From: Candidatus Sericytochromatia bacterium
Lineage (GTDB): Bacteria; Cyanobacteriota; Sericytochromatia; S15B-MN24; UBA4093
Assembly: GCA_036676985.1 (NCBI GenBank)
Contig: JAKFBU010000025.1
Location: forward strand, 1 to 57,973
Reading direction: 5' to 3'
Length of the DNA: 57,973 nucleotides
Part shown: positions 8,306 through 18,153 of the stretch, piece by piece
Numbering within the stretch: position 1 is the first letter of the stretch
Layout of the letters: every line of letters starts with the position of its first letter
Translations under genes and position numbers: made by a program
Notes under the pieces: generated by a model
Seen by the model: only the letters and a program-made list of their open reading frames with translations
Databases searched by the model: none
Told to the model about the DNA's origin: nothing

Positions 8306-8785
8306 ATGACGTGGGATCAGCTCAAGGAGCTCATTCGCCAGAACCGGGTGTTCGACGGGCTGTCGGACGCCGATCTCGCGGCGCTGGGCGGCATCGCCAC
8401 CCCCCAGCGGGTCGCAGTGGGCGAGACCATCCTGCACGTCGGCGACAAGGCGGACGCCTTCTACCTCCTGAGCGAGGGCGGCGTCGAGGTCTGGGCGCCC
8501 AAGGACGGCGATCGCCAGGTGCTCGCCAACCTCGGGCCGGGCCAGGTCTTCGGGGAGATGGCCTACATGTTTCCGGACGCCCCGCGCATCGCGAACGTCA
8601 CGCCGACCATGCCCAGCGAGGTCTACCGGGTCGGCTACGCGGACTTCAAGTCCCTCGAGACCTCGGCGCCCTCTGCCTACCGCGCCATCGTGACCAACCT
8701 GACCAAGCTCGCCGACGCCCGCAGCTGGACGAGCCCCGTCGACCTGATCTTCCAGCACTACATCACGGCGTTCTCTCACCGCTAA
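8306..8785 (+). CDS. cyclic nucleotide-binding domain protein
   Basis: GD.AD.FY....G.VEV...LGPGQVFGEMA....PRIANV; no HTH. Confidence 0.88.
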   Translation: MTWDQLKELIRQNRVFDGLSDADLAALGGIATPQRVAVGETILHVGDKADAFYLLSEGGVEVWAPKDGDRQVLANLGPGQVFGEMAYMFPDAPRIANVTPTMPSEVYRVGYADFKSLETSAPSAYRAIVTNLTKLADARSWTSPVDLIFQHYITAFSHR

Positions 8786-11096
8786 ACTGCGCCGCGCGCG
8801 CCCGCTCGCGGTCCACGACGGCCTCGAGCGCCTCCAGGCATGCGCCGGCGAGCTCCGGATCCGCTCCCTCCATCGCTTCCAGGAGCGAGTGGGCCGTGCG
8901 CGGCTCGGCGATGGCTCCGAGGAGCCGTGCGGCGCGCACCCGCACCCGCTTGTCCCCGTCGCGCAAGAGGGCCGCGAGCCGCATCAGCGTGCCGGGCGTC
9001 ACCAGCGCCCGGACGGTGTCCGCGGCCTGGGCGAACACCTTGGGATCTGGATCCCGCAGCGCCCCGAGCACGTCGTCGAAGGCCTCGACGGCGCGTAGGG
9101 CGGCGATCGCCTCCAGGGCCTCCCGGCGCACGGCCGGATCGGCATCCGAGAGGGCCGACCGGCATGCCTCCAGGGCCTTGAACGATCCGATCCGTCCGAG
9201 CTGCCGCAGGGCCTCGGCCTTGAGGACCGGGGAGTGGGACGCGGTCATGAGGGCGTCCGCCGCCTCGGAGGCACCCAGCTCGCCGAGGGCCTCCACGGCC
9301 CCCAGCCGTACGACCAGCTCGGCGTCGCGCGAGGCCTCCGCGAGGGGCACGAGCGCCTCCTTGTCCCCGAGCATGCCGAGGGCATCGACGGCCCGGCGGC
9401 GCACCAGCTTGTCGTGGTCCTCGAGGGCCGCGACCAGGGCCGGAATGGCCTCGTGGTGGCCGAGGCGTCCCAGGGCTTCGGCTGCGTGCCGCCGGTCCTC
9501 GGGCGATCCTTCGGCCAGGAGGCGCAACATGGGCGTGACGGCGCGCGGGATGTCCCCCAGGCTCTCGGTGGCCGCGCGGCGCACCTCCACGTGCGGGTCG
9601 TCGAGGGCCGCCATCAGGGGACGCACGGCCTCCACCTTCCCGATGATGCCGAGGGCGTCGGCCGCGCTCACGCGGACCTGCCAGCTCTCGTCCCCGAGGG
9701 CCCTGATGAGGGGGCCGAGGGCCGCCGGATCGGCGTAGAGGCCGAGGGCCTTGGCTGCCACCAGGCGCAGGTAGTCCTCGGGATGGGTGAGGGCCTCGAG
9801 CATGAGGTCGAAGGCCGCCGCGTCCCGCCGGTAGGCGAGGCTCTCCACGGCGCGCTTCAGGGCGCGGGCCGTCCGCTGGCGCACCCAGGAGGAGCTGTCC
9901 TTGAGGCCGCCCATGAGGGCGCGCAGGGCGTTGGGGGTGCCGAGCGCCCCCAGCCCGTCCACCGCACAGCGCCGTACGTAGCGGTGCGGATCCTGGCTGG
10001 CGACCAGCAAGGGATCCTCGCTCGCGAGCTCCCCGCGCTCGCCGAGCGCGCGGGCCGCGAGGCCCCGCACGTACGGGTCGGAGAGCCGCAGGGCCCCGAG
10101 CAGGGCCTCGCCGGCGTTCGGCATGAGGCGGAGGCTCTCGATGGCCGCGAGGCGCACCCGAGCGTCCGGATCGCCGAGGGCGTCCACCAGGCCGGGAATC
10201 GAACGCTCGGCCTCGAGCAGGCCCAGGGCCTCGGCCGCCCGGCGGCGGACCTGGGCGGAGGGATCCTTGAGCGCCGACAAGAGCGAGTCGACGGCCTCCG
10301 GGATGCGGCCGAGGGCGTAGGCGGCCTTGCGCACCACCTCTTCGTTCTCGTCGCGCAGGGCCGCCAGGAGGGCGTCGATGGCGCGGTGGTCCCCGAGGCT
10401 CGCCAAGGCACTCGCCGCCGCCTCGCGGATGGCCGGGTCCGGGGCCCGCAGCTCGTCCAGGAGGGCGTCGGTGGCACGGCGATCGCCCAGGGCCACCAGC
10501 GCCTCGATGGCCTCGTGGCGCACGCCCAGCTGCTCGGTGCGCATGGCGAAGAGCAACGGATCGAGTGCCCGCCGGTCTCCCAGCCGCCCGAGAGCTGTGA
10601 CGGCCGCGCGGCGCGCGCTCTGGCTCGCGGGATCCATGAGCATGCGCGACAGGGGCCCGAGGGCTCGGATGTCGCCCAGGCGGCCCAGGAGGTGGGCGGC
10701 CGCGCGCCGGAGGGTCTCGTCGCGGTGGCTCAGCGCCAGGAGGATGGGCTCGGCGAGGCCCAGGGAGGTGCCCAGGATCTCCTGGATCTCGCCCGGCAGC
10801 TCGTGGATGTCGATGCCGCCCTTGGCCAACAGGTCGAAGGTGCCTTCCTTTCCCAGGGCACGCAGCGCCTCGGCCGCGGCGCGCTTGACGTCCGTGTTGG
10901 GGTCCTTGAGCAGTTCCATGAGGGGCTCGACGGCGGCCGGGTAGCCGAGCGACCCCAGGTTCTGGGCGGCCCAGGCGCGCACCCGGGCGCTCGGATCCTT
11001 GAGGGCCACCAGGAAGATGTCCAGGACGGCGAAGGCGAACTCGTCGATGCGGCTGCCGTCCTTGGAGGAGGACTCGGGGGCGGCGAAGTCGGTCAT
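8763..11096 (-). CDS. HEAT/PBS-lyase repeat protein
   Basis: more than 20 repeats of L.D.D..VR..AA.ALG.LG. Confidence 0.92.
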   Translation of the reverse strand: MTDFAAPESSSKDGSRIDEFAFAVLDIFLVALKDPSARVRAWAAQNLGSLGYPAAVEPLMELLKDPNTDVKRAAAEALRALGKEGTFDLLAKGGIDIHELPGEIQEILGTSLGLAEPILLALSHRDETLRRAAAHLLGRLGDIRALGPLSRMLMDPASQSARRAAVTALGRLGDRRALDPLLFAMRTEQLGVRHEAIEALVALGDRRATDALLDELRAPDPAIREAAASALASLGDHRAIDALLAALRDENEEVVRKAAYALGRIPEAVDSLLSALKDPSAQVRRRAAEALGLLEAERSIPGLVDALGDPDARVRLAAIESLRLMPNAGEALLGALRLSDPYVRGLAARALGERGELASEDPLLVASQDPHRYVRRCAVDGLGALGTPNALRALMGGLKDSSSWVRQRTARALKRAVESLAYRRDAAAFDLMLEALTHPEDYLRLVAAKALGLYADPAALGPLIRALGDESWQVRVSAADALGIIGKVEAVRPLMAALDDPHVEVRRAATESLGDIPRAVTPMLRLLAEGSPEDRRHAAEALGRLGHHEAIPALVAALEDHDKLVRRRAVDALGMLGDKEALVPLAEASRDAELVVRLGAVEALGELGASEAADALMTASHSPVLKAEALRQLGRIGSFKALEACRSALSDADPAVRREALEAIAALRAVEAFDDVLGALRDPDPKVFAQAADTVRALVTPGTLMRLAALLRDGDKRVRVRAARLLGAIAEPRTAHSLLEAMEGADPELAGACLEALEAVVDRERARAAQFSGERTP

Positions 11097-11098
11097 GT

Positions 11099-11593
11099 TT
11101 ACTCCAGCACCAGGGAACGGGTGGCGGCGGCCTCGGGCATGGTCACCGTCGACGGTCCCATCGGCCGCTCCAGCGTGAAGTAGGGCGCGGGAATCACGAT
11201 ACTGTACGTACCAGCCGGGGCCTGAACTGCGAGGCTCACGGTCGCAGGCTCTGTGGGGATGGCGAGAGCCGGAAACGTACAGCCCGAATTGGGCGCCGCC
11301 TCAGTCCGGAACACCTGGCCCGTGACGGTGATGGTCTTGGCGTCCACGTCCACCTCGGCCTTGAACGACTGGGTGGCGAGCTGGTCCAGCCTGGTCAGGG
11401 GTGCTTGGCGCGTGACCCAGGGCGTGAGGCTCACAGAGGCCATGGCCGATCCGGTCGCCGGGGCCTCGATGGCGAACATCCGCGCGGGGACAAGCCGCGT
11501 CTGGTAGCAGTCGCCGGTCTGGCCGGGACCGAAAAACGAGCAGCCGGCCGCAAGCACCAGCCCCGCGCCGAACGCCCCGAACAGCCAGCGCAT
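11099..11593 (-). CDS. hypothetical lipoprotein
   Basis: MRWLFGAFGAGLVLAAGC lipobox. Confidence 0.7.
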   Translation of the reverse strand: MRWLFGAFGAGLVLAAGCSFFGPGQTGDCYQTRLVPARMFAIEAPATGSAMASVSLTPWVTRQAPLTRLDQLATQSFKAEVDVDAKTITVTGQVFRTEAAPNSGCTFPALAIPTEPATVSLAVQAPAGTYSIVIPAPYFTLERPMGPSTVTMPEAAATRSLVLE

Positions 11594-11598
11594 GCCCG

Positions 11599-12777
11599 TT
11601 ACCCCTTGAGGGTCGACAGCTCGGCGCCGAGCCTCGACAGCCGCTCCTTGGCGGCCATGAGCGTCTCGGGCTTCTTGGGGAAGGCGAAGCGGATGAAGCC
11701 CTCGCCCGCGGCCTTGTCCGCGTAGAAGCTCGTGCCGGGCACGGCCGCGACCCCGATGCGCTCGATGAGGAAGCGCACGAACTCCACGTCCTTCATGCCG
11801 TAGGGCCGGATGTCGGCCATCATGTAGTAGGCGCCCTGCGGCATCAGCGGGTTGAGCCCCGCCGCCGTGAGCACCTCGTGCATGAGGGCGCGCTTGGCGC
11901 GGTAGCTCGCGAGCAGGCCGGCGTAGTACTCGGGCCCGAACCCGAGGGCCGTCACGGCGGCCTGCTGCAGGGGGGCGGGGGCCCCCACCGTCAGGAAGTC
12001 GTGAGCGCGTCGAATGGCGTTGGTGAGCGCCTCGGGGGCGATCGCGTAGCCCAGCCGCCAGCCCGTGACGGCGAAGGTCTTGCTCAGGCCGCTGATGGTG
12101 ACGGTGCGCTCGGCCATGCCCGGCAAGGAGCCGATGGAGACGTGCTCGCCCTCGTAGACCATGTGCTCGTAGATCTCGTCGGTGATGGCCAGCGCGTCGA
12201 ACTCCCGGCACAGGTCGGCGATGAGCGTGAGCTCCGCGCGGTCGAAGACCTTGCCCGTGGGGTTGTGCGGCGTGTTGATGACGATGGCCCGCGTGCGCGG
12301 CGTGAAGGCCGCCCGCAGCTTGTCGGGATCGATGGCGAAGGTGGGGCCCTCGAGCGGCACGAAGCGCAGGGTGGCCTGGCTGAGGATGGCGTCCGGGCCG
12401 TAATTCTCGTAGAACGGCTCGAAGACGATGACCTCGTCGCCCGGGTTCACCACCGAGAGCATCACGGCCATCATGGCCTCGGTGGCCCCGCAGGTGACGG
12501 TCACGTGGCGGTCGGGATCCACGTCGGGCAGGCGGTTGAAGGCGACGGCCTTGGTGGCGATCGCCTGTCGCAGGGCGGGGGCACCCCAGGTCACCGCGTA
12601 CTGGTTGATGTCCGCCATGATGGCCGCGCAGGCCGCCTCCTTGAGGGCGGCGGGGGCCGGAAAGTCGGGGAAGCCCTGGGCGAGGTTGATGCCGCCGTGC
12701 TGGTTGCACAGGCGGGTCATCTCCCGGATGACGGACTCCGAGAAGCCCTGGACGCGATCGGCCACGTGTTGACGCAT
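11599..12777 (-). CDS. PLP-dependent aminotransferase class I/II (YbdL/DapC-like)
   Basis: INLAQGFPDF, NTPHNPTG, DEIYEH, SKTFAVTGWRLGY. Confidence 0.93.
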   Translation of the reverse strand: MRQHVADRVQGFSESVIREMTRLCNQHGGINLAQGFPDFPAPAALKEAACAAIMADINQYAVTWGAPALRQAIATKAVAFNRLPDVDPDRHVTVTCGATEAMMAVMLSVVNPGDEVIVFEPFYENYGPDAILSQATLRFVPLEGPTFAIDPDKLRAAFTPRTRAIVINTPHNPTGKVFDRAELTLIADLCREFDALAITDEIYEHMVYEGEHVSIGSLPGMAERTVTISGLSKTFAVTGWRLGYAIAPEALTNAIRRAHDFLTVGAPAPLQQAAVTALGFGPEYYAGLLASYRAKRALMHEVLTAAGLNPLMPQGAYYMMADIRPYGMKDVEFVRFLIERIGVAAVPGTSFYADKAAGEGFIRFAFPKKPETLMAAKERLSRLGAELSTLKG

Positions 12778-12893
12778 GGATGCCTCCTTCCACGTGGCCA
12801 TCGTAGCACATGCGCGCGGCGCCGCACGCCCTGACGGCGCCTGGGAAGCGGTCTCCTCTTGACCTTCCGCCGCCTCATGGGAAGGCCGTCGGA

Positions 12894-14519
12894 TCAGGCT
12901 GCGGTGTCGAGGGGGTAGAGCTCGTGCCAGAGCACATCGACCGCTTCTTCCGGGGTCGAGAACAGGTGGGTGCGCCCGATCCGCCCGATCACGCCGAGCC
13001 GGCTCAGGAGGTCCTGCACCGCGGGCGTGAGGCCCACCAGCCCGACCGGGATATCGCGGCGCCGCAGCTCGCGCACCAGGTCGTCGAAGCAGAGGGCGGC
13101 CGTCACGTCCATGGTCGTCGAGGTGCCCATGTTGAGGATGATGGCACGGCCGCCGGGGGCCGCGAGCACCATCTCGGCGAACCGCTGGGCGTCTCCGAAG
13201 AACAGCGGCCGGTCGATGTCGTAGACGGCGAACTCGCTGGCGATCTCGGGCGGCACGCCGATGGCGAGCGGAATTTCCGGGTGCTTGACCAGGTGCACGT
13301 CCGACATGCGCCGGATGAACAGGAAGGCCGCCGTCACCAGGCCGACCTCCACGGCGAGCACCAGGTCAAAGACGATGGTCACGGCCCAGGTGACGAGCAT
13401 GACCGTCAGGTCGGACCGGGTGGAGTAGGCCAGGAGCTTCACCTGCTCCCACTCGATCATGCGGAAGCTCGTCACCATGAGGATGCCGGCGAGGGCCGCC
13501 ATGGGGATGTGGGCGGCGAAGGGCCCCAGAGCGACCACGACCAGGGCGATCACGAGGCCGTGCAGCACGCCGGACATGCGGGTCTTGGCTCCGGAGCGGA
13601 TGTTGACGGCCGTGCGCGCGATGGCGCCGGTGGCGGGGATGCCCCCGAAGAAGGGCACGGCCACGTTGGCGAGACCCTGGCCGATGAGCTCCTTGTCCGG
13701 ATCGTGCCGCTTGCCGCCCGCCATGCGGTCGGCGACCGTCGCCGACAGCAGGGACTCGATGGATCCCAGCGCCGCCAGGGCTAGCGCCGGACGCAAGAGG
13801 CCGCCCAGCGCGTCGGGATCGAAGGAGGGCATGGCGGGCCAGGGCAGGCCTTGCGGGATGGCACCGATCCGGGGCACGTCCAGGCCGAGCCACACTGAGC
13901 CGGCAGTTGCGATCAACAGCGCGACGAGCGAGCCCGGGACCACCTGGTTGATCTTGCCCCACAGGACGATGGTCGCGATCACCCCGAGCGTGAGCGCGAC
14001 GGTGGCGGGGTTCGCGAGCGACAGGTGCGTGAACTGCCAGAAGATCTGGTGGTGCAGGCTCCCCTTGGGCGTGAGGCTTGCCAGGCCCAGCATGTTGCCG
14101 AGCTGTCCCGCGAAGATGAGGACGCCGATGCCGTTGGTGAAGCCCGTGATCACCGGGAAGGGCAGGTAGGAGATGAGGCGCCCCAGGCGCCCGAGGCCCA
14201 GGCCGATCTGGATGAGGCCCGCCATGAGCCCCGCGATCATGACCTGGCCGATGCCGTACTGGGCCACGATCCCGGCGAGTACGACGGCCATCGCACCGGT
14301 CGGCCCCGTGATCTGGACGGCGGAGCCGCCGAAGAGCGAGCCGACGATGCCCGCGACCACGGCGGTATAGAGGCCGGCCTTGGGGTCCACACCGCTCGCC
14401 ACGGCGAACGCCAGGGCGAGCGGCAGGGCCACCACCGCGGAGGTCAGTCCTCCCATCACGTCCCCGACCCAGCGGGGGCGTTCCTCGAGGGAGCCGGGAA
14501 CGGAGTGGATCGCATGCAT
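12894..14519 (-). CDS. SulP/SLC26 inorganic anion transporter with STAS domain
   Basis: ALPLALAFA, GPTGAM, ESLLSA, GAIART, C-terminal PLFFG STAS. Confidence 0.95.
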   Translation of the reverse strand: MHAIHSVPGSLEERPRWVGDVMGGLTSAVVALPLALAFAVASGVDPKAGLYTAVVAGIVGSLFGGSAVQITGPTGAMAVVLAGIVAQYGIGQVMIAGLMAGLIQIGLGLGRLGRLISYLPFPVITGFTNGIGVLIFAGQLGNMLGLASLTPKGSLHHQIFWQFTHLSLANPATVALTLGVIATIVLWGKINQVVPGSLVALLIATAGSVWLGLDVPRIGAIPQGLPWPAMPSFDPDALGGLLRPALALAALGSIESLLSATVADRMAGGKRHDPDKELIGQGLANVAVPFFGGIPATGAIARTAVNIRSGAKTRMSGVLHGLVIALVVVALGPFAAHIPMAALAGILMVTSFRMIEWEQVKLLAYSTRSDLTVMLVTWAVTIVFDLVLAVEVGLVTAAFLFIRRMSDVHLVKHPEIPLAIGVPPEIASEFAVYDIDRPLFFGDAQRFAEMVLAAPGGRAIILNMGTSTTMDVTAALCFDDLVRELRRRDIPVGLVGLTPAVQDLLSRLGVIGRIGRTHLFSTPEEAVDVLWHELYPLDTAA

Positions 14520-14603
14520 GACGTTAGCCTCTGGTCCTTTCGAGACCTTCAAAGATTTGCAGGTGTTGGGCAAAACGCGGGGAGTGGCTCCGTGGGGCGT
14601 GGC

Positions 14604-14936
14604 TTAGGAAGAGGAGGGCTCCATGGCTTCCAGGGTGTCGCGGATCTCGATCAAGTGGTTGTTGAAGAGGGTCCGGGCGTCGTCCAGGAGGGTGAAGATC
14701 ATCGGGTCGCGGGCGGAGTAGAGGACGTAGCTGCCCTCCTTGCGGCCGGTGACGATGTTGCGGCTGCGCAGGACGGCGAGCTGCTGGGAGACGGTGGTGG
14801 GCTCGACCTCGAGCAGCTCGGCCAGCTCGTTGACCCCGCGCTCGCCGTCCCGGAGGGCGTCGATCAGGGCGATGCGGAGCGGATGGGCCAGGGCCTTGAA
14901 GAATTCGGCCTTGAAGCGCCGCAGGGGTTCGATCAT
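14604..14936 (-). CDS. ArsR/SmtB family transcriptional regulator
   Basis: FFKALAHPLRI...VSQQLAVLR...V.Y. Confidence 0.93.
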   Translation of the reverse strand: MIEPLRRFKAEFFKALAHPLRIALIDALRDGERGVNELAELLEVEPTTVSQQLAVLRSRNIVTGRKEGSYVLYSARDPMIFTLLDDARTLFNNHLIEIRDTLEAMEPSSS

Positions 14937-14960
14937 CCGTCCACCTTTCCATCTCGTCAT

Positions 14961-14973
14961 ATTTGCAGATGTT
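14961..14973. promoter_or_regulatory. candidate ArsR operator (second copy at 14555-14567)
   Basis: ATTTGCAGATGTT upstream of arsR and ATTTGCAGGTGTT upstream of sulP. Confidence 0.45.
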
Positions 14974-15092
14974 TAGATCGTTTATACCACCGCCTCCAAA
15001 GGACGCTCGTTAAGAATCACGAATGATTTCGGGCGGAAAGGCCGTAGCGGCGCTTCCTTGCCACTCAGGCGCGCGTTGCGTAAGCTAGAGGC

Positions 15093-15989
15093 ATGCCGAT
15101 CATTGCCATGCTCATCGCCGTCATCGTGTGGGGCGGATCCTTCATCGCCACCAAGGCGGCCGTCGCCGACGTCCCCCCCATCGCCTTCGCCGTCCTCCGC
15201 TTCGCCGTGGCGGTCGTGGGCCTGGGGGTGGTGCACTTCCTGACCCGCACGCCCATCCGGGTGGAGCGGGATCTCTGGCGCCCGGTGATCGTCGCCGCCC
15301 TGACGGGCGTGACCCTGACCTACGTGCTCGAGAACATCGCCCTCAAGTTCACGACGGCGGGCAACAGCGCGCTGTTCATCGCGGCCAGTCCGCTGGTGAC
15401 CATGGCGTGCGCGGTCATGTTCCTCAAGGAGCGCCTGACCTGGCGGATGGGCGTGGGCTCGTTCTTCGCGTTCGCGTCCATGGTGGCGCTGGTGGGCGCG
15501 AGCTTCGGGGAGACGGGGGTGGGCGACGTGCTCATGGCGCTCAACACCCTGGTGGGCGCCGTCTACGCCATGGCGAGCAAGAAGCTCGCCGACCGCATGT
15601 CGCCCTTGTCGGCTCTCACCGTCACGTTCGCCATCGGGATGCTGGCGTTGTTGCCGTGTGCTGGCGTCGAGGCCCTGGTCACGCGGGCCCCGTGGCACAT
15701 GACGCCTACCGTGGTGGGGGCGCTGCTGTTTCTGGGGCTCGGCTCCTCGTGCCTGGCCTACTGGCTCTGGATGTACGCCCTGGGGCGCATGTCGGCGGCC
15801 ACGGCCGGCCTCTACATGTACCTGATGCCCGTGGTGACGCTCCTGCTCTCGGCGCACTTCCTGGGCGAGGCCCTCACGCCGCTCAAGCTGGTCGAGGCGG
15901 GAGTGATCCTGGCAGGCGTGTACCTGGCGGTCTCGAAGCCGCCCGTTCAGCCGCAGCCGCGGACCGTTCCCGAGGCGGCGGGTGCCTAG
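15093..15989 (+). CDS. DMT/EamA family transporter
   Basis: 10 TM segments, IVWGGSF, LRF, two EamA repeats. Confidence 0.92.
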   Translation: MPIIAMLIAVIVWGGSFIATKAAVADVPPIAFAVLRFAVAVVGLGVVHFLTRTPIRVERDLWRPVIVAALTGVTLTYVLENIALKFTTAGNSALFIAASPLVTMACAVMFLKERLTWRMGVGSFFAFASMVALVGASFGETGVGDVLMALNTLVGAVYAMASKKLADRMSPLSALTVTFAIGMLALLPCAGVEALVTRAPWHMTPTVVGALLFLGLGSSCLAYWLWMYALGRMSAATAGLYMYLMPVVTLLLSAHFLGEALTPLKLVEAGVILAGVYLAVSKPPVQPQPRTVPEAAGA

Positions 15990-16056
15990 TGAAAGCAGGC
16001 CAGACGGACCGGCGTTCTGCCGTCCGCCTGGAATATCATTCGATACCTGCAATGGC

Positions 16057-16137
16057 CCGTCATCCCGGCGAAAGCCGGGATCCAGGGTTGGCTCACGGGG
16101 CGCATGCCCTGGACCCCAGCTTTCGCCGGGGTGACGG
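16057..16137. repeat. inverted pair of family A palindromic repeats (16057-16085 and 16109-16137)
   Basis: CCGTCATCCCGGCGAAAGCCGGGATCCAG ... CTGGACCCCAGCTTTCGCCGGGGTGACGG between convergent genes. Confidence 0.85.
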
Positions 16138-16162
16138 CTAACCCCCTATCCCATCGGGTGTT

Positions 16163-16936
16163 CTAGCTAACAACTTCCTTCGGCCTGGAGCTCATGAGCC
16201 CCGAGCCGACCTCCAGGGCCTCGAACCAGTCGAGGAAGCGGCCCACGTCGTCGCCGCGGAAGATGGCGCCGTGCTGGGGGCAGAGCATCTGCACGTCGAG
16301 CTCGCGCACCCGCCGGACCCAGTCGTTCTTGGCCTCGTTCGAGGGCATCCAGCGGCGGTGGAAACCCTCCATGTACGGGATGTGGCCAGCGAAGTCCGTG
16401 ACGAACAGCTCCTGCTTGTGTTCGGGCAACAGCGCCGCGCCGATGTCCCCCGAGAAGAGGATCTTGGCATGCGGGTCGTAGATGTTCAGGTTGCCCGACG
16501 CGTGCAGGTAGTGGGCCGGGATCATCTCGACGCTGCGGCCTCGGCTGCCGATGGGCAGGGTGCCGCCCTCGTCGGGGACGAGCATGAAGCTGTCGACGTA
16601 CTCGTAGCCGAAGTGGGCGATGAAGCTCGACCAGATCTTGGGCAGATAGGTCTTCGCCTCCTTGCAGATCCCGAGCCACAGGGGCAGCGACGAGAAGATG
16701 TCCGGGTCCTGGTGGCTCGCGAAGAAGGCCTTGATCTGGTGGAGCTCGACGAAATCCGAGGCCGCCGCGAGGACCGCGGGGAAGATCTCGGTGCCTCCCG
16801 GATCCAGCATCAGGGCTTCCCCGCTGCTGACGATCAGGTACTCGTTGGTGTCGATCACCGAGTCCTTCTTGTCGGGATCGCGCGCGAGCACGATCCACTG
16901 GTGCTGCCCGTCGTCGAACAGGACCTTGCCAATCAT
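16163..16936 (-). CDS. MBL-fold oxygen-binding di-iron (ODP-like) protein
   Basis: SHQDPD, AHYLH, LFSGDIG, CPQHG. Confidence 0.85.
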   Translation of the reverse strand: MIGKVLFDDGQHQWIVLARDPDKKDSVIDTNEYLIVSSGEALMLDPGGTEIFPAVLAAASDFVELHQIKAFFASHQDPDIFSSLPLWLGICKEAKTYLPKIWSSFIAHFGYEYVDSFMLVPDEGGTLPIGSRGRSVEMIPAHYLHASGNLNIYDPHAKILFSGDIGAALLPEHKQELFVTDFAGHIPYMEGFHRRWMPSNEAKNDWVRRVRELDVQMLCPQHGAIFRGDDVGRFLDWFEALEVGSGLMSSRPKEVVS

Positions 16937-17231
16937 ATGACCTCCTCAAGTCGGCGGGCGGCGGCGACGCTCCGGCAACAGCCGCCGTACGCTCGACTCG
17001 GATCGCCGAAAACTAGCATGGTTATACAGTTTCTTGGAGGCTTTTAACCTAAAGAATTTGTGATGGTGGCCGTTTGCCGGTTCGTTCGAGCGGCAAATGG
17101 CCTGAATGAGCCCTAGCCGGGTAGGGTATCTTTTCGCCGGCCACGGGCCGTGGTCATGAGTCCGAACGATCGGACCCTTGCTGTCTGGGTACAAGACCCG
17201 GAGCGTTTCCCCACCCGGAGAGGAGGCACCC

Positions 17232-18152
17232 TTGGCGGTCCGACAAACGACACCCACCCTGCTCGTCCAGGCCCTGCGCGGGGTGGTGGCGGCGCCCGAG
17301 TCGACGCTGAAGCTTGTCGTGAGCGCGGCGGTCGGCGGTGGGCACCTGCTCTTGGAGGACGTGCCGGGCGTCGGCAAGACCCTGCTCGCCAAGACGCTGG
17401 CCCAGGCTCTGGGCGTCGGCTTTCGCCGCATCCAATTCTCGCCCGATCTCTTGCCGGGCGATATCACGGGCGTCCAGGTCTACGTCCCCGGAGACGGCTC
17501 GTTCCGCTTCAACGCCGGCCCCCTCTTCAGCCACGTCGTGCTCGCCGACGAGATCAACCGCGCCTCGCCCCGCACGCAGGCGGGCTTGCTCGAGGCGATG
17601 GAGGAGGGCCAGGTCTCCATGGACGGGGCCACGCATCCGCTGCCGCGCCCCTTCTTCGTCATCGCGACCCAGAACCCCCTGGCGTTCGAGGGCACCTATC
17701 CCCTGCCGGAGGTCCAGCTCGACCGCTTCATCGCGGCCCTGAGCCTCGGCTACCCCACCTACGAGGACGAGCTCGCCCTCCTGGAGGGCCGCCACGGCCA
17801 GGGCGCGACCCTCGAGTCCTTGCCCGCGGCGGACCTCGTCGCGTGGCAACAGGCCGCCGCCCGCGTTCACGTGGACCCGAGCCTGCGGGCGTATGCCCTC
17901 GGCGTGGTGCGCGCGACCCGCAACTGGCCCGAGGTGGCCCTCGGCATCAGCCCGCGCGGTGCGCTCGCTTGGCAGGCCCTCGCCCGCGCCCATGCCTTCG
18001 TGGAGGGGCGCCAGTTCCTCGTGCCGGACGACCTCAAGCAGACGGCCCTGCCGGCCCTCGCCCATCGCCTGGTCCTGCGCGGCGAGCCGTCGACCGAGCG
18101 TAAGCGCCGGGTGATCGCCGACGTGCTGGAGCGCGAGCCGGTGCCCCGCTAA
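17232..18152 (+). CDS. MoxR family AAA ATPase
   Basis: EDVPGVGKT, RIQFSPDLLPGD, DEINRA, ATQNP; AGGAGG RBS before TTG. Confidence 0.95.
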   Translation: MAVRQTTPTLLVQALRGVVAAPESTLKLVVSAAVGGGHLLLEDVPGVGKTLLAKTLAQALGVGFRRIQFSPDLLPGDITGVQVYVPGDGSFRFNAGPLFSHVVLADEINRASPRTQAGLLEAMEEGQVSMDGATHPLPRPFFVIATQNPLAFEGTYPLPEVQLDRFIAALSLGYPTYEDELALLEGRHGQGATLESLPAADLVAWQQAAARVHVDPSLRAYALGVVRATRNWPEVALGISPRGALAWQALARAHAFVEGRQFLVPDDLKQTALPALAHRLVLRGEPSTERKRRVIADVLEREPVPR

Positions 18153-18153
18153 G

